DNA of 64,000 nt. Origin: a virus (Duplodnaviria; Caudoviricetes). The DNA is taken from IMG/VR virus record IMGVR_UViG_3300001598_000037, positions 1 through 64,000 of that record; one strand, 5' to 3'. Under the pieces are notes generated by a model. It worked only from the letters and a program-made list of their open reading frames with translations, was not told the DNA's origin and made no database searches. Shown here in pieces: positions 23,786-33,875 of the stretch. Position 1 is the first letter of the stretch; each line of letters starts with the position of its first letter. Position numbers and translations under genes: made by a program.

Positions 23786-26700
23786 ATGGCAGTATACAAA
23801 GCAACATACTGTTATCCGTTTTTAAATACGTTTGATCCCAGAGTTGTGGCAACGAAAACCAATAAGTTTCCTGCTCAATATTTGAAGTGTAAAGTAGATA
23901 CTTCAAATAAAACCGTTACAGGGTATCAAATTATTATACGCGATAACGAAAATAATATTGTCTTTCCAGTAGACAAAGATCAAAATAACTGGAAAATTAG
24001 TCCAATTCAAGAATTGGAACAAAATCTAGACTTAAATGGATATACAAATAGCGGTATTAATGGGTCTTATCTTAATATTGCTTTTATTCAAAATTTATAT
24101 CAAAATAATATTTTTAATCCGCATGTAAATGGTCGAATTTATAGATCTTATAATGCAGTATATTTTAAAGGCGCTTATATGGCTCAATATATTATTTCTG
24201 ATTCCACCGCTGACTCTGATCCAGCGGGAGATATATCGAATTGGACTTATATGGCTGACCCAGGTGGGGACCCTCGTAAAGATAGTTTAACTTGTAATAT
24301 ATCAAATTGGAATAATATTTTGAATGGAGAACTTGTCTCTGAAGGGGATATTATCTTTGTGAAGGTTAATGATGCCGATAAAGGTGGTCTTTGGTCTGTT
24401 TACAGTAAGACTTCTCTTAGACGATATAGAGATTATGATGGCAATTTTATTAATAATAGTGTAGTGACAAATACTGCTGTGAAACCTAAAATTTGTATTA
24501 CACAAGGAAAGGCTCCCAGAGAAAACAACAAACATTATTATTATTATTATGATGGCTCGCAGTTTATAAGATTTATTAATCAACAATCTAATGCGGCAGA
24601 TAAGCAGTTATGGGTATGTCAAAAAGACACGGGTATCGATCATACTTATATGGTGGATTTAACAATTCAAGGCGGATCCTATAAATGGGAAATAATTCTT
24701 TATCAAGGGGTAGGAGAAGTTTATGACATAAACGGTAATAGAGCTGATGTAAATCAGCTTGATACAGCTAATAATGTATATTATATTACCTATAAAAATA
24801 TGTCTTATGAATATTATGACATGACATTAACTAGTGGCCAAATTTTAGGTTCCACATTAACTAGATTTCAATTAGCAAATAAACCTACAGCAGAACTAAT
24901 TAATCAGGATAATGAAATAGTTGGTGTATTACCTGGTGAAAATTCTTCGACGCCATTGGTTTTATTAAATAAATATGCCCAATTATTAGGAGATAACGGT
25001 CAATCATCCCTATCCAACAGAGTGGTAGTAAATGCTTTCGACGCAACTTATGGACATGTTTATTTTAAAGAAGGCGCGATTACTCAAGATATTTTTGATA
25101 AAACTGCGAAGGTAGAATTTTATAAATACTCAAATGTGATTGAAGATATCCTCGAAGGTGATATAGTTGATGTGGCTACGGTGGATACTGTTACTATTGG
25201 GTCCAGTTATAAAATTGTAAAATCTATGTTTGGTAGTCAAATTGACGGCATCACTCTTACTCAAGGTATGAAAGTTTTAATTAAAAACGCGAGTGATCCT
25301 CGATTTAATGGAGTATATATAGCCGAAACTGGTGAAGTCGACGGCCAAGAAGTCGCATGGAGCCGAGCAGGTTCGTATAATACATGGGGATCATTTATTG
25401 GTAAAATTTTATGTGTTCGTCAAGGTAATCAAAATCGTGGAAAGAATTTTCAATCGCAAGCGAAAGCTGGTGGAACATTATTAATACCAGACGGCACGGA
25501 TCAAGGCGGGGCTGGATCTTATCTATATTTTAATGCGGAACAACCTATTATTTTATTTGATACACTTCCAGATATCAATATTTATCAAGCTGACTTATTT
25601 ACCACAGGTGCCTTTACTACTGTTGTGGACGGCTATAATGTGGCCACTGGCGATCGTGTAGTCGCTCAAGAAGATGGTCAATACAAAATTAAAACTCGCA
25701 CCACAACTGGTTGGTCAACTGACCCAATTATTTTAACAAATAATGATTATATTAAAATTGCGCTAGGTCAAACATATGGCAACAAGGTTATTAAGGCAGG
25801 ATCGCTTACATCAGATTTAACATCTGCTTATATCTTAAAAAATAGTAATTTATATACCTTTGTTAGTCCATTTATCGGTATGACTAAAAATAATGCATTG
25901 TTCTTTTATAATAAAAATAAAATCGATTATAATACATCTGCAGCAGATCATCCAGAGACACCATCTTATTGGTTAAAACTTCAAGATGTTTATGAAAAAT
26001 TTTGGTTAATTAAACATTATAAACTCAACAAGGTATTAGATAGTATAGACCCTTATAAATATGAATTAAGATCGTTTTTTAAAGCCAGCGATGAAAATCC
26101 TTTCTTTACATACGAAGATCCATATTTAAAATTAACCCCAAATAACAGTTTTACTATTAGTGCTACATCAGGTGTTTTTGAAATACAAACTAATGGTAGA
26201 TTTATTACATTACAAGGCGAATATTATCAACCTCAACAAGCGTCTTGGTCGACATATAGATGGGTGTTAAAAGATCAGGATGATAATATTGTCCAAGATA
26301 CAGGTAAGAAATATGATAAAGATCTATTAACTACTTTTTATGGTTTAAATAACGAAGAAGGTAAAAATATTTATTTTGCTACTTTATATGTTGAAGACAG
26401 CCTAAATAATTCATTAAGTTTAACAATCAAAATTAATGTTGATACAACAACCGCTGAGATTGGAGTGCCATTTGTGGCCGAATATGATTGTGATACTCAA
26501 TCTGTAATATTATTTTACGATGATGTTCCGTTCGTAAAGCCAACGGTCACAGGACCTATTTATTCAGAAGTTTATATTGCGGAACACCAGTCGGATATTG
26601 AGGCCAAAACAAGTGCAAAATGGGATAATTCTATCATTTATTCAAACAACTCACTCAATATTAAGGGGAATAATGCAAGTTTTGGTGCTGAATGGGGTGA

Positions 26701-28231
26701 TAATAATCTATCAGAATATACAGAACTCGAGTCATCGTTGATATTGAGATCTGCTAATGCACAAGAAACATATAAAGATGAATCCTATTCAGTTAATAAT
26801 GGTGTACAATATAAACATTTCTTTTCTGAAGATGGTCTAGAGGTTGAAAATGATCAAAATTTGTTAAAATTATATTCTACGGATCCTGAAGGTATTTCAC
26901 AAACTGATGAATTTACTTTTAAAACAGATTTGGTTTTGGATAATAATTACTGTGGACAGATTTTACGATTAGAAATGGATGGTACTGAACCTGGCGCTGG
27001 TGAACAACAAAACAAAGTTATATTTACTTTAACGATTCCAAATAATTTTATCAACACAGACCGCACCGTGTTGAATCCTTATAGAAATCAAATACAATTT
27101 GATATTTTAACGAAAATTTCCGAGGATACCAATCAAGAAGATAGCAAATTTAATATTAGTCAATATTTACTAAAAAAACAACAGGCTTCTCCTCAACAAT
27201 TAAGTGATTTAATTCAAGGGCGTGCTTATCATATTCATGTGCCAGCACATACTACTGGAGTATTTACGTCAAGCTCGATCGGAATGTCTAAGCTGGTTAT
27301 GAGTGAGTGTTCAAACATTGTGACAGATATTCAACCAACAGATCGTGGTAGTTCAGGTGAAACGACCACAGGGTTTGGATGTTCCAACGGCGCACCTATT
27401 TGTTATGGTTTTACTGACTGTACTGATACATTACATCAAAAATGTTATAATTTGGATGATGCTTATTATGATTTTGATGCCGATATTGTATATTATGATT
27501 ATCATGGATCTTCAGAGCAGGTGGAAAAACTATTACCATTTATCACGAGTGACGAATTAGTAGATGCTCCAGTAAAAACTTTTGATCTTGATAATAACCC
27601 ATATTTTTATTTACAATTTGAAGATTCTCCATATCAAGAGGGGGAATATTTACATTATCAATATTTAGATAATAATAATTCTAAAAAGATTAAAATTTAT
27701 TTTTTAAAAAATAATAATAACAAATATGAGCCATATGGCATTAACCATGAATATTCTAGTAGTTGTTTAGTGCATGCAGCTGCTAGTAACTCGGCGTTGA
27801 ATTATTGGGTTGATAATAAAACCTATTCATCATCTTCCGATAAGATGTTAAATATATTTACAGGAGTTTATGATGGTTCAAGTCCAAGTTGGCCTTCAAC
27901 AGATAGTGAAGAACAAGATTTATATTGGAAAGAAAATTCTTCTTTTAATAGTAATATTGTGGGAGACGAAAGTCAAATTAATTATTCTAACTTTGATGCA
28001 CAATATTCCGATTGCGGTTTTATTAAGTTAATTAGTTATAAACGTCATCCAGAGTGGGATCAAAGACATTATAAAATAGAATTAATAGCGAAAGATATAG
28101 CTGCTCTTTATACAGAAACAGATTTAACAGTTGAAGCTGGAAATAATACAGCGGATGGATATTATATTACTCATGTTAAAAAAGATGACGTAATTTTATT
28201 TACAATTCGAATTAAAAATATTATAGATTAG
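23786..28231 (+). CDS. Large baseplate/tail fibre protein (1481 aa)
   Basis: VDVAT...IDGITLTQGMKVLIKNASDPRFNGVY...WSRA motif typical of fibre/baseplate proteins; beta-rich Ig/Fn3-like stretches; tail context. Confidence 0.65.
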   Translation: MAVYKATYCYPFLNTFDPRVVATKTNKFPAQYLKCKVDTSNKTVTGYQIIIRDNENNIVFPVDKDQNNWKISPIQELEQNLDLNGYTNSGINGSYLNIAFIQNLYQNNIFNPHVNGRIYRSYNAVYFKGAYMAQYIISDSTADSDPAGDISNWTYMADPGGDPRKDSLTCNISNWNNILNGELVSEGDIIFVKVNDADKGGLWSVYSKTSLRRYRDYDGNFINNSVVTNTAVKPKICITQGKAPRENNKHYYYYYDGSQFIRFINQQSNAADKQLWVCQKDTGIDHTYMVDLTIQGGSYKWEIILYQGVGEVYDINGNRADVNQLDTANNVYYITYKNMSYEYYDMTLTSGQILGSTLTRFQLANKPTAELINQDNEIVGVLPGENSSTPLVLLNKYAQLLGDNGQSSLSNRVVVNAFDATYGHVYFKEGAITQDIFDKTAKVEFYKYSNVIEDILEGDIVDVATVDTVTIGSSYKIVKSMFGSQIDGITLTQGMKVLIKNASDPRFNGVYIAETGEVDGQEVAWSRAGSYNTWGSFIGKILCVRQGNQNRGKNFQSQAKAGGTLLIPDGTDQGGAGSYLYFNAEQPIILFDTLPDINIYQADLFTTGAFTTVVDGYNVATGDRVVAQEDGQYKIKTRTTTGWSTDPIILTNNDYIKIALGQTYGNKVIKAGSLTSDLTSAYILKNSNLYTFVSPFIGMTKNNALFFYNKNKIDYNTSAADHPETPSYWLKLQDVYEKFWLIKHYKLNKVLDSIDPYKYELRSFFKASDENPFFTYEDPYLKLTPNNSFTISATSGVFEIQTNGRFITLQGEYYQPQQASWSTYRWVLKDQDDNIVQDTGKKYDKDLLTTFYGLNNEEGKNIYFATLYVEDSLNNSLSLTIKINVDTTTAEIGVPFVAEYDCDTQSVILFYDDVPFVKPTVTGPIYSEVYIAEHQSDIEAKTSAKWDNSIIYSNNSLNIKGNNASFGAEWGDNNLSEYTELESSLILRSANAQETYKDESYSVNNGVQYKHFFSEDGLEVENDQNLLKLYSTDPEGISQTDEFTFKTDLVLDNNYCGQILRLEMDGTEPGAGEQQNKVIFTLTIPNNFINTDRTVLNPYRNQIQFDILTKISEDTNQEDSKFNISQYLLKKQQASPQQLSDLIQGRAYHIHVPAHTTGVFTSSSIGMSKLVMSECSNIVTDIQPTDRGSSGETTTGFGCSNGAPICYGFTDCTDTLHQKCYNLDDAYYDFDADIVYYDYHGSSEQVEKLLPFITSDELVDAPVKTFDLDNNPYFYLQFEDSPYQEGEYLHYQYLDNNNSKKIKIYFLKNNNNKYEPYGINHEYSSSCLVHAAASNSALNYWVDNKTYSSSSDKMLNIFTGVYDGSSPSWPSTDSEEQDLYWKENSSFNSNIVGDESQINYSNFDAQYSDCGFIKLISYKRHPEWDQRHYKIELIAKDIAALYTETDLTVEAGNNTADGYYITHVKKDDVILFTIRIKNIID

Positions 28232-28242
28232 GAGGAAAATAT

Positions 28243-29403
28243 ATGAATAGAAAAGTGAAAATTATTTTCTCTGGTGTAAATGGCACTTCTAATAATAATA
28301 TACATGATGGTAAAATGACTGTAAACTATTTTTATTTATTTAATGTGGATGATGCAAATACTCAAGCTATCACCAGTAAAACTGATTATGCCGAATTGAT
28401 TGAGAGAGCAGATTCTTTTGTTTCTCCAGTTTTAATGAATTATCAAGCCAATACTAAGTATCGAATTCATCGGGACCGTCCATATGCTGGTCTATATCCG
28501 ACATCTGAAGAAGGTAGTGAATTTTCTTTTTATAGAAGAGAATATCAAAAGGTTTCTAAATTTTTAGGTATGGAAATGGATGAACACGGTCATGCTCAAC
28601 CGTTATATGATAATTATACTATTATTGGCGAGTGGGAACCTGTGGCTTTACATTTTAAAAATGGTGTTTTCAGAGATTTTAATATTAAAAATAATATGTC
28701 TTATCAATATATTATGTATCCTGTAGAAAATTCTAATCAACAGGCGTTTGCCAATGGTAAAACAGGAGAAACGCACATCGATGGCGATCCTGTAAAAGTT
28801 TTTTGGAAAGACTGGAGTATTACAGAGTTAATTCCTGTAGAAACTGCTTTAGATGCTCCGATTATTCAAAAAACATATAAAGCCGACATTGATAACATTT
28901 GGCTATTTAAATATAATTTAGAGGTAGGATCTCAAACTCAAAATATTACCAAGAATGAGGTACAAACTTTGGGACAATATTCACGAATAGCCTATACGCC
29001 TTATAATGTAATCTCTGGCGATGTTTCTTGTATGCTTGGAAGTGAAATTATTCCTTATGGGGAAGGATATATTGAAAGAATGTATCAAAGTATTAATAAA
29101 CCTTTAACAGTCAATGAAAAGACACTAATGTTGAAAAAATGGCGAGCATTGGTTGCCTCTAAAAATCCTAAATTATTAAAAGATAGTAAGGGTCAAAGTT
29201 GGATTGTTCAAATATTTGGCGGATCAAACACGCCAAATAATGGAGTTAAAAATCAACCAGATTCAATTAGCTTCTCCTGGAAAGAAATAGGATCAACGGA
29301 CAATGTTGTTATTTACGGTGATGGGGATAATATTAATAGAACAGGCGGATGTAATTCTAAATGGATTCCGACTGAAGAGGTGAAAAAGCCATGGCTGAAA
29401 TAA
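28243..29403 (+). CDS. Distal tail (Dit)-like / minor tail protein
   Basis: NVISGDVSCMLG...KKWRALVASKNPKLLKDSKG...ISFSWKEIG; sits before the hub-like gene. Confidence 0.5.
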   Translation: MNRKVKIIFSGVNGTSNNNIHDGKMTVNYFYLFNVDDANTQAITSKTDYAELIERADSFVSPVLMNYQANTKYRIHRDRPYAGLYPTSEEGSEFSFYRREYQKVSKFLGMEMDEHGHAQPLYDNYTIIGEWEPVALHFKNGVFRDFNIKNNMSYQYIMYPVENSNQQAFANGKTGETHIDGDPVKVFWKDWSITELIPVETALDAPIIQKTYKADIDNIWLFKYNLEVGSQTQNITKNEVQTLGQYSRIAYTPYNVISGDVSCMLGSEIIPYGEGYIERMYQSINKPLTVNEKTLMLKKWRALVASKNPKLLKDSKGQSWIVQIFGGSNTPNNGVKNQPDSISFSWKEIGSTDNVVIYGDGDNINRTGGCNSKWIPTEEVKKPWLK

Positions 29404-30686
29404 TTAAATATATTGGTGTATCCAGTGGAGATTTACTAGCAATCTCCATCACTAACGGAGATATTTATCTAAACGCAGATTGTGATATTGAAGATATTAT
29501 CAATTTAATTGGTGATCAGGTTATTGCTTCGCATGCGAAGATTCTGGTATTATATCCCGATGAAACTATTAACTATGAGATTCCTCAAGAAGATCTAAAA
29601 TCTGGGGGATCTTATAGTGAAAACTATCAAAATGGTCAACGCCGCTCACTATCTTTTTCTTTATATAATGAAGATGGAAAATATACACCTAATATTAATA
29701 CATTATGGGCAGGCACTAGACTACGTTTGGATTTAGGATTAGAAAGAAACGATGGTAGTATTATCTGGTTTAAAAAAGGTGTCTTTGTGATCTCTTCTTC
29801 TTCTGTAGATGAAACGTCTAGCGGAAAATTCGTGAATATTCAAGCTGGTGACAAATTTAGTATTTTTGAAAATAAAACAGGTACATTAGAAGATACTTAT
29901 GAAATTCCAGTCGGCTCAGATATTCAATCCGTGATTCAAGATATTCTGTGGAAAAATCAGGGAGATGGACATTGTTTTGATATAAAACCTATCATTTATC
30001 ATTCCAGTTTTTATGGTAAAAAAACACAAGCAACAATTTCCAAAACTGCTGGTGATTCACTAGGATCTTTACTACTCGAATTAGCAACACAACTATCTGC
30101 CGAGATTTTTTATAATTCCGAGGGAAATTTAACATTGGTTCCAAGTATTGAAACCACACTAGACGTGGACAAACCTTTAATTTATGAATTTACTACGGAT
30201 AAGGGCGATCTTGGTGGATTAGATTTATCTTTTGATATGAATTCAATCATCAATCGTATTATTGTGATGGGAACTTCGGGCAATAATGGATTCCATAAGG
30301 CAGTTGCGATTAATGATGATCCAGGTTCGCCATTGTGTTATCAAAAAATTGGCTATAGAACAGGTGGAGTTATAAATGATAGTAATATAACTAGTGATTA
30401 TTTAGCCGAAGAACGTGCTAAATATGAGTTGCGTAAACAATTAATTATCAAAAGCTCTACAAGTGTAAATATTATTTTTAATCCATTATTAACAGTTAAT
30501 AATTTAATTGCCATTAACGATGATTTTTTCAATTTTAATCATGAAAAATTTTTATTACAAGGAATTTCTTGTAGTTTAGATTATTCAGGACAAATGTCTA
30601 TGACCATCAGCAATATTGCTAATTTCGCTTTCTTAAGTGGTGGTCGTGCAATTGCTGGTTCATATGCAGAAGTTCTGTCCGAATAA
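29391..30686 (+). CDS. Baseplate hub / Tal-like protein
   Basis: RRSLSFSL...KKGVFVI...LATQLSAEIFYNSEGNL...INRIIVMG...ERAKYEL...FNPLLTVNNLIAI pattern of hub proteins. Confidence 0.6.
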   Translation: MAEIIKYIGVSSGDLLAISITNGDIYLNADCDIEDIINLIGDQVIASHAKILVLYPDETINYEIPQEDLKSGGSYSENYQNGQRRSLSFSLYNEDGKYTPNINTLWAGTRLRLDLGLERNDGSIIWFKKGVFVISSSSVDETSSGKFVNIQAGDKFSIFENKTGTLEDTYEIPVGSDIQSVIQDILWKNQGDGHCFDIKPIIYHSSFYGKKTQATISKTAGDSLGSLLLELATQLSAEIFYNSEGNLTLVPSIETTLDVDKPLIYEFTTDKGDLGGLDLSFDMNSIINRIIVMGTSGNNGFHKAVAINDDPGSPLCYQKIGYRTGGVINDSNITSDYLAEERAKYELRKQLIIKSSTSVNIIFNPLLTVNNLIAINDDFFNFNHEKFLLQGISCSLDYSGQMSMTISNIANFAFLSGGRAIAGSYAEVLSE

Positions 30687-30695
30687 TCATGTCGT

Positions 30696-30726
30696 AAAAA
30701 ACGGGGGTTAATTCCCTCGTTTTTTT
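30696..30726 (+). terminator. Intrinsic (possibly bidirectional) terminator ending the tail module
   Basis: A-tract, ACGGGGG-TTAATT-CCCTCGT, T-tract. Confidence 0.85.
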
Positions 30727-30764
30727 ATCGCTCAAAAAAATTTTAAATAAAATAAGGATTTCAT

Positions 30765-30793
30765 TTGACAAACCGAAATCCATCCTTTATAAT
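30765..30793 (+). promoter_or_regulatory. Sigma-A promoter with flanking dyad
   Basis: TTGACA, 17 nt, TATAAT; GGATTTC/GAAATCC inverted repeat brackets the -35 box. Confidence 0.85.
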
Positions 30794-30823
30794 AAGTATA
30801 GTAACACATAGGAGGTGTAAAAA

Positions 30824-31090
30824 ATGGACAAATACTATACGGTAGTTTATCTTTCAGATGGTACAATTCACATGTGGCCTGGAGATACTCAAGATGAGTG
30901 TCTTGCAACTGCTGCTCGTGTTAGAGATAAAAATTCTCCAACATTAAAAGACGGCAGCTTTATTGTTGCCACCACAGTAATTAAAAGAGATCTTGATAGT
31001 TTTAAGACTGTAAAAGATGTACCAATGATATTTGGATCGCCTAAAACTTTAGATGCGATGCAATCAGATTTCAAATATAAGAAAAAATAA
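30824..31090 (+). CDS. Hypothetical protein (88 aa)
   Basis: AGGAGG SD, directly after a promoter. Confidence 0.7.
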   Translation: MDKYYTVVYLSDGTIHMWPGDTQDECLATAARVRDKNSPTLKDGSFIVATTVIKRDLDSFKTVKDVPMIFGSPKTLDAMQSDFKYKKK

Positions 31091-31102
31091 TAGAGAAAAT
31101 GT

Positions 31103-31131
31103 TTGACTTCTGTATTTTTTTCATTTATAAT
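31103..31131 (+). promoter_or_regulatory. Sigma-A promoter for the replication operon
   Basis: TTGACT, 17 nt, TATAAT. Confidence 0.8.
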
Positions 31132-31199
31132 AATAATGCAGGCTAGCAATAGAACTGTATATTTATAAAAAATTTATTTTAAAAAGGAGAATTTTATTT

Positions 31200-32231
31200 A
31201 TGGCTGAAGAAAAAAAGAAAGTATTTAGAAAAAATTTAGTTCGCGTAGAAGGTTATTTAAAAGAAAATAACTTAAAGATCGTTCATGATTCTAAAGGAAA
31301 CGAAGCGATCAGCGGATCAGTAATTGTGGCTTTAGATTCAACAAAAGCTCACAAGGTTCAAGTTTATGTAAATAGACTTAAAAAGGACGGCACTGCTAAC
31401 AAAGATTATGAAGGTTTTGCTAGTATCCTTCCAACAAACACAATTTCAGTAGCTGCCTATATTCAAAGTAATGGTGAAGCTACAGCAGAAGCTGCTTATG
31501 CTCAAGCAACAAAAGTATGGATGACTTCTGAATTAGAAGAATTCGTTACAAAAAATGACGAAGGTAATGATATTGGTTATATTACATTAAAAGGTAAGAA
31601 AGCTGGTATTAAGTCTGCTACTGACAAAGTTCCATTCACTCCTCAAGCAAGATTTGATATTGATATGTATATTAAGTCTATTAGAAGAGAAGTTAAAGGC
31701 GACGACGAAACTGGACGTTTAGATTTAGTTGGTCTTATCCCACATTGGTCTGGAACTATGCAAGAAGTATCATTTAAAGTTAGTGGAGAAAAGATTAAAA
31801 ATCCTGCTACAGGCGAAGAACTTGTAATTAGTGATTATATTGAATCAAATTACTCTGAAGGACAAACTGCTAACTTTACAGGATCTATTATTAATTTAGA
31901 AGTAGAATCTCAAACTGCTTCTACTGGTTGGGGAGATGCTCCAGTATCTAACTCAACTACATTTGTTAGAGAAAGAGTTATTACTGGTGGACATGGTGCT
32001 GGTTTAGACGAAGATAATCCAGGCGCTATCCATGAAGAAGAAGTTAGAGAAGGTCTTATCAACCGTGCAGCTAAACGTGAAGAAAACTATAAAAAGTCAC
32101 TAGAACGTAAGAGTGCTGCTGATAACGGCTCTGCTGTCGGCTTCGACACTGGTTTTACAGGATTTGCACCTGCTCCTGCAGCTCCTGCAGCAGCTGGCGA
32201 AGGATTCTCATTTGATGAATCAGATTTCTAG
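31200..32231 (+). CDS. ssb: Single-stranded DNA-binding protein
   Basis: Two OB-fold-like beta-rich halves, Ala/Pro linker and acidic-aromatic tail FSFDESDF; first gene of the replication cluster. Confidence 0.65.
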   Translation: MAEEKKKVFRKNLVRVEGYLKENNLKIVHDSKGNEAISGSVIVALDSTKAHKVQVYVNRLKKDGTANKDYEGFASILPTNTISVAAYIQSNGEATAEAAYAQATKVWMTSELEEFVTKNDEGNDIGYITLKGKKAGIKSATDKVPFTPQARFDIDMYIKSIRREVKGDDETGRLDLVGLIPHWSGTMQEVSFKVSGEKIKNPATGEELVISDYIESNYSEGQTANFTGSIINLEVESQTASTGWGDAPVSNSTTFVRERVITGGHGAGLDEDNPGAIHEEEVREGLINRAAKREENYKKSLERKSAADNGSAVGFDTGFTGFAPAPAAPAAAGEGFSFDESDF

Positions 32232-32274
32232 GAATAGAATTTGAAATATATATTATATAAAGGAGAATAGAATT

Positions 32275-33363
32275 ATGGCATATGACATTTTTAATCCAGA
32301 ATATTCCCAAGTTGTAAAGGGTATGGCTGGAAAAGCATTTTTATTGTATGGTGGCAATGGTGTTGGTAAAACTCTTAATGCTGCCAAAGCTCCAAAACCT
32401 TATTTCATTTGTTTTGAAAAAGGTTTAGGTGCAATCAGTGGTGTAGCTCATGCTAACATTAAAAAGTGGACTGAATTTACTAGTATTGTAAAACAATTTA
32501 CTTCTAAAGGCACAATGGAAAAAGCCAAAGAAATGTATCAAACTATCGTTTTAGATGGTATTGAAAACTTAGGTTTATTAGCTGATCCATTTGTTGCAGG
32601 TAAATACGGAGTAACTTCTGTATCCGAAGGTAAAAAAGGTTATGGTCTTTGGAAAGAATTTGAAGACGAATTAAGATGGCCTATCAAAGAATTATGTGAT
32701 GCAGGATATACTGTATTATTCTTAGGTCATGCTGCAGACAGAGATGTTCCTTCTCTTAAACCAAATGAAAAAGGCGAATATAAAGCAAAGAAGCAATTCC
32801 CTAAAGGTGAAAAGAGAGCTATTGATGTTATTATGAACGAATGTGACGTTATTGGTTATATTCAAGCTCAACCATCAGATGTAAGTGGAAACGAAGTATT
32901 ATCAAAGATTTATTTTGCTAACAACATCGCTTTCCAAGCAAAAACAAGATTTAAATATCTTCCTAGAACTTTAGATGCTTGGTCTTATGAAAAATTAGAA
33001 GCAGCATTAAAGTGGGCTATTGAAAAGGAAGAATCTGAATCTGGTAAGAAAGCAATTTCTCTTCAAGAATCTTTAGACAAGATCGCTGAAGAAAAAGCAG
33101 CAGAAGCTGAAGATATTATTCCTCTAGACTTATTAGTAGAACGTATCGGTTTAATGTTAATGGATATGAAAGATAAGAAGGGAAATGTATCTGAATTTAA
33201 AGAAATCAAAGAAAAATTAGGATTACCTGATGATTTCAAATGTAATCAAGCGACTGAAGCTCAAAGAGAACATGTTGAAGAAATCTTTGTAGAATTAACT
33301 CAACGTGGATATTCTTTCGAACCAAAAGCAGACACAACAACTGCTGAAGAAACAAGTAAGTAG
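32275..33363 (+). CDS. AAA_24 / Sak4-like ATPase (single-strand annealing recombinase)
   Basis: Walker A LYGGNGVGKT, Walker B TIVLDG, VLFLGHA; next to SSB. Confidence 0.75.
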   Translation: MAYDIFNPEYSQVVKGMAGKAFLLYGGNGVGKTLNAAKAPKPYFICFEKGLGAISGVAHANIKKWTEFTSIVKQFTSKGTMEKAKEMYQTIVLDGIENLGLLADPFVAGKYGVTSVSEGKKGYGLWKEFEDELRWPIKELCDAGYTVLFLGHAADRDVPSLKPNEKGEYKAKKQFPKGEKRAIDVIMNECDVIGYIQAQPSDVSGNEVLSKIYFANNIAFQAKTRFKYLPRTLDAWSYEKLEAALKWAIEKEESESGKKAISLQESLDKIAEEKAAEAEDIIPLDLLVERIGLMLMDMKDKKGNVSEFKEIKEKLGLPDDFKCNQATEAQREHVEEIFVELTQRGYSFEPKADTTTAEETSK

Positions 33364-33380
33364 TCGGGAGTTAAAATCCT

Positions 33381-33872
33381 ATGGCTAAACAAATGCTTTG
33401 TTGTCAATGTGGACAATCATTAGTAGGACAAAAATCTACTAATTACAAGGGTAAATCATATTGTTTAGCTTGCTATAATAAACTTATAGAACAACAGACA
33501 CTTTTAGAAAAATCCGAAGAGGAATTATATATTTATATCAAAAAACTCTTCGGATTATCTGAATGTCCGTCCGAAGTTACTAATGCAGTTGATTATTTAA
33601 TTAAACAGGGCAAGACCGTAAATGGTATTCGCGCAACTATACATTATTATTATGAAATTAAAGGTAATGAAGCCACTTCTGATAATATTATGTATTTAAG
33701 TAAAAATATAAAAGAGCAGTATGATAATGCTCGTGAGTATTGGAAGGAACAAAAAATATTAAGACAAAAAAATATGCAAATTGATCTTAATGTTCCTCCT
33801 AAGACAGTCGTTATAAAAAAGACACCTAAGACTCACAAAAAACAAACGAAATATAAAATGGAGGATTTATAA
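33381..33872 (+). CDS. Zinc-finger replication protein (possible helicase loader)
   Basis: CCQC...CLAC; lies directly before the helicase. Confidence 0.5.
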   Translation: MAKQMLCCQCGQSLVGQKSTNYKGKSYCLACYNKLIEQQTLLEKSEEELYIYIKKLFGLSECPSEVTNAVDYLIKQGKTVNGIRATIHYYYEIKGNEATSDNIMYLSKNIKEQYDNAREYWKEQKILRQKNMQIDLNVPPKTVVIKKTPKTHKKQTKYKMEDL

Positions 33873-33875
33873 TTA

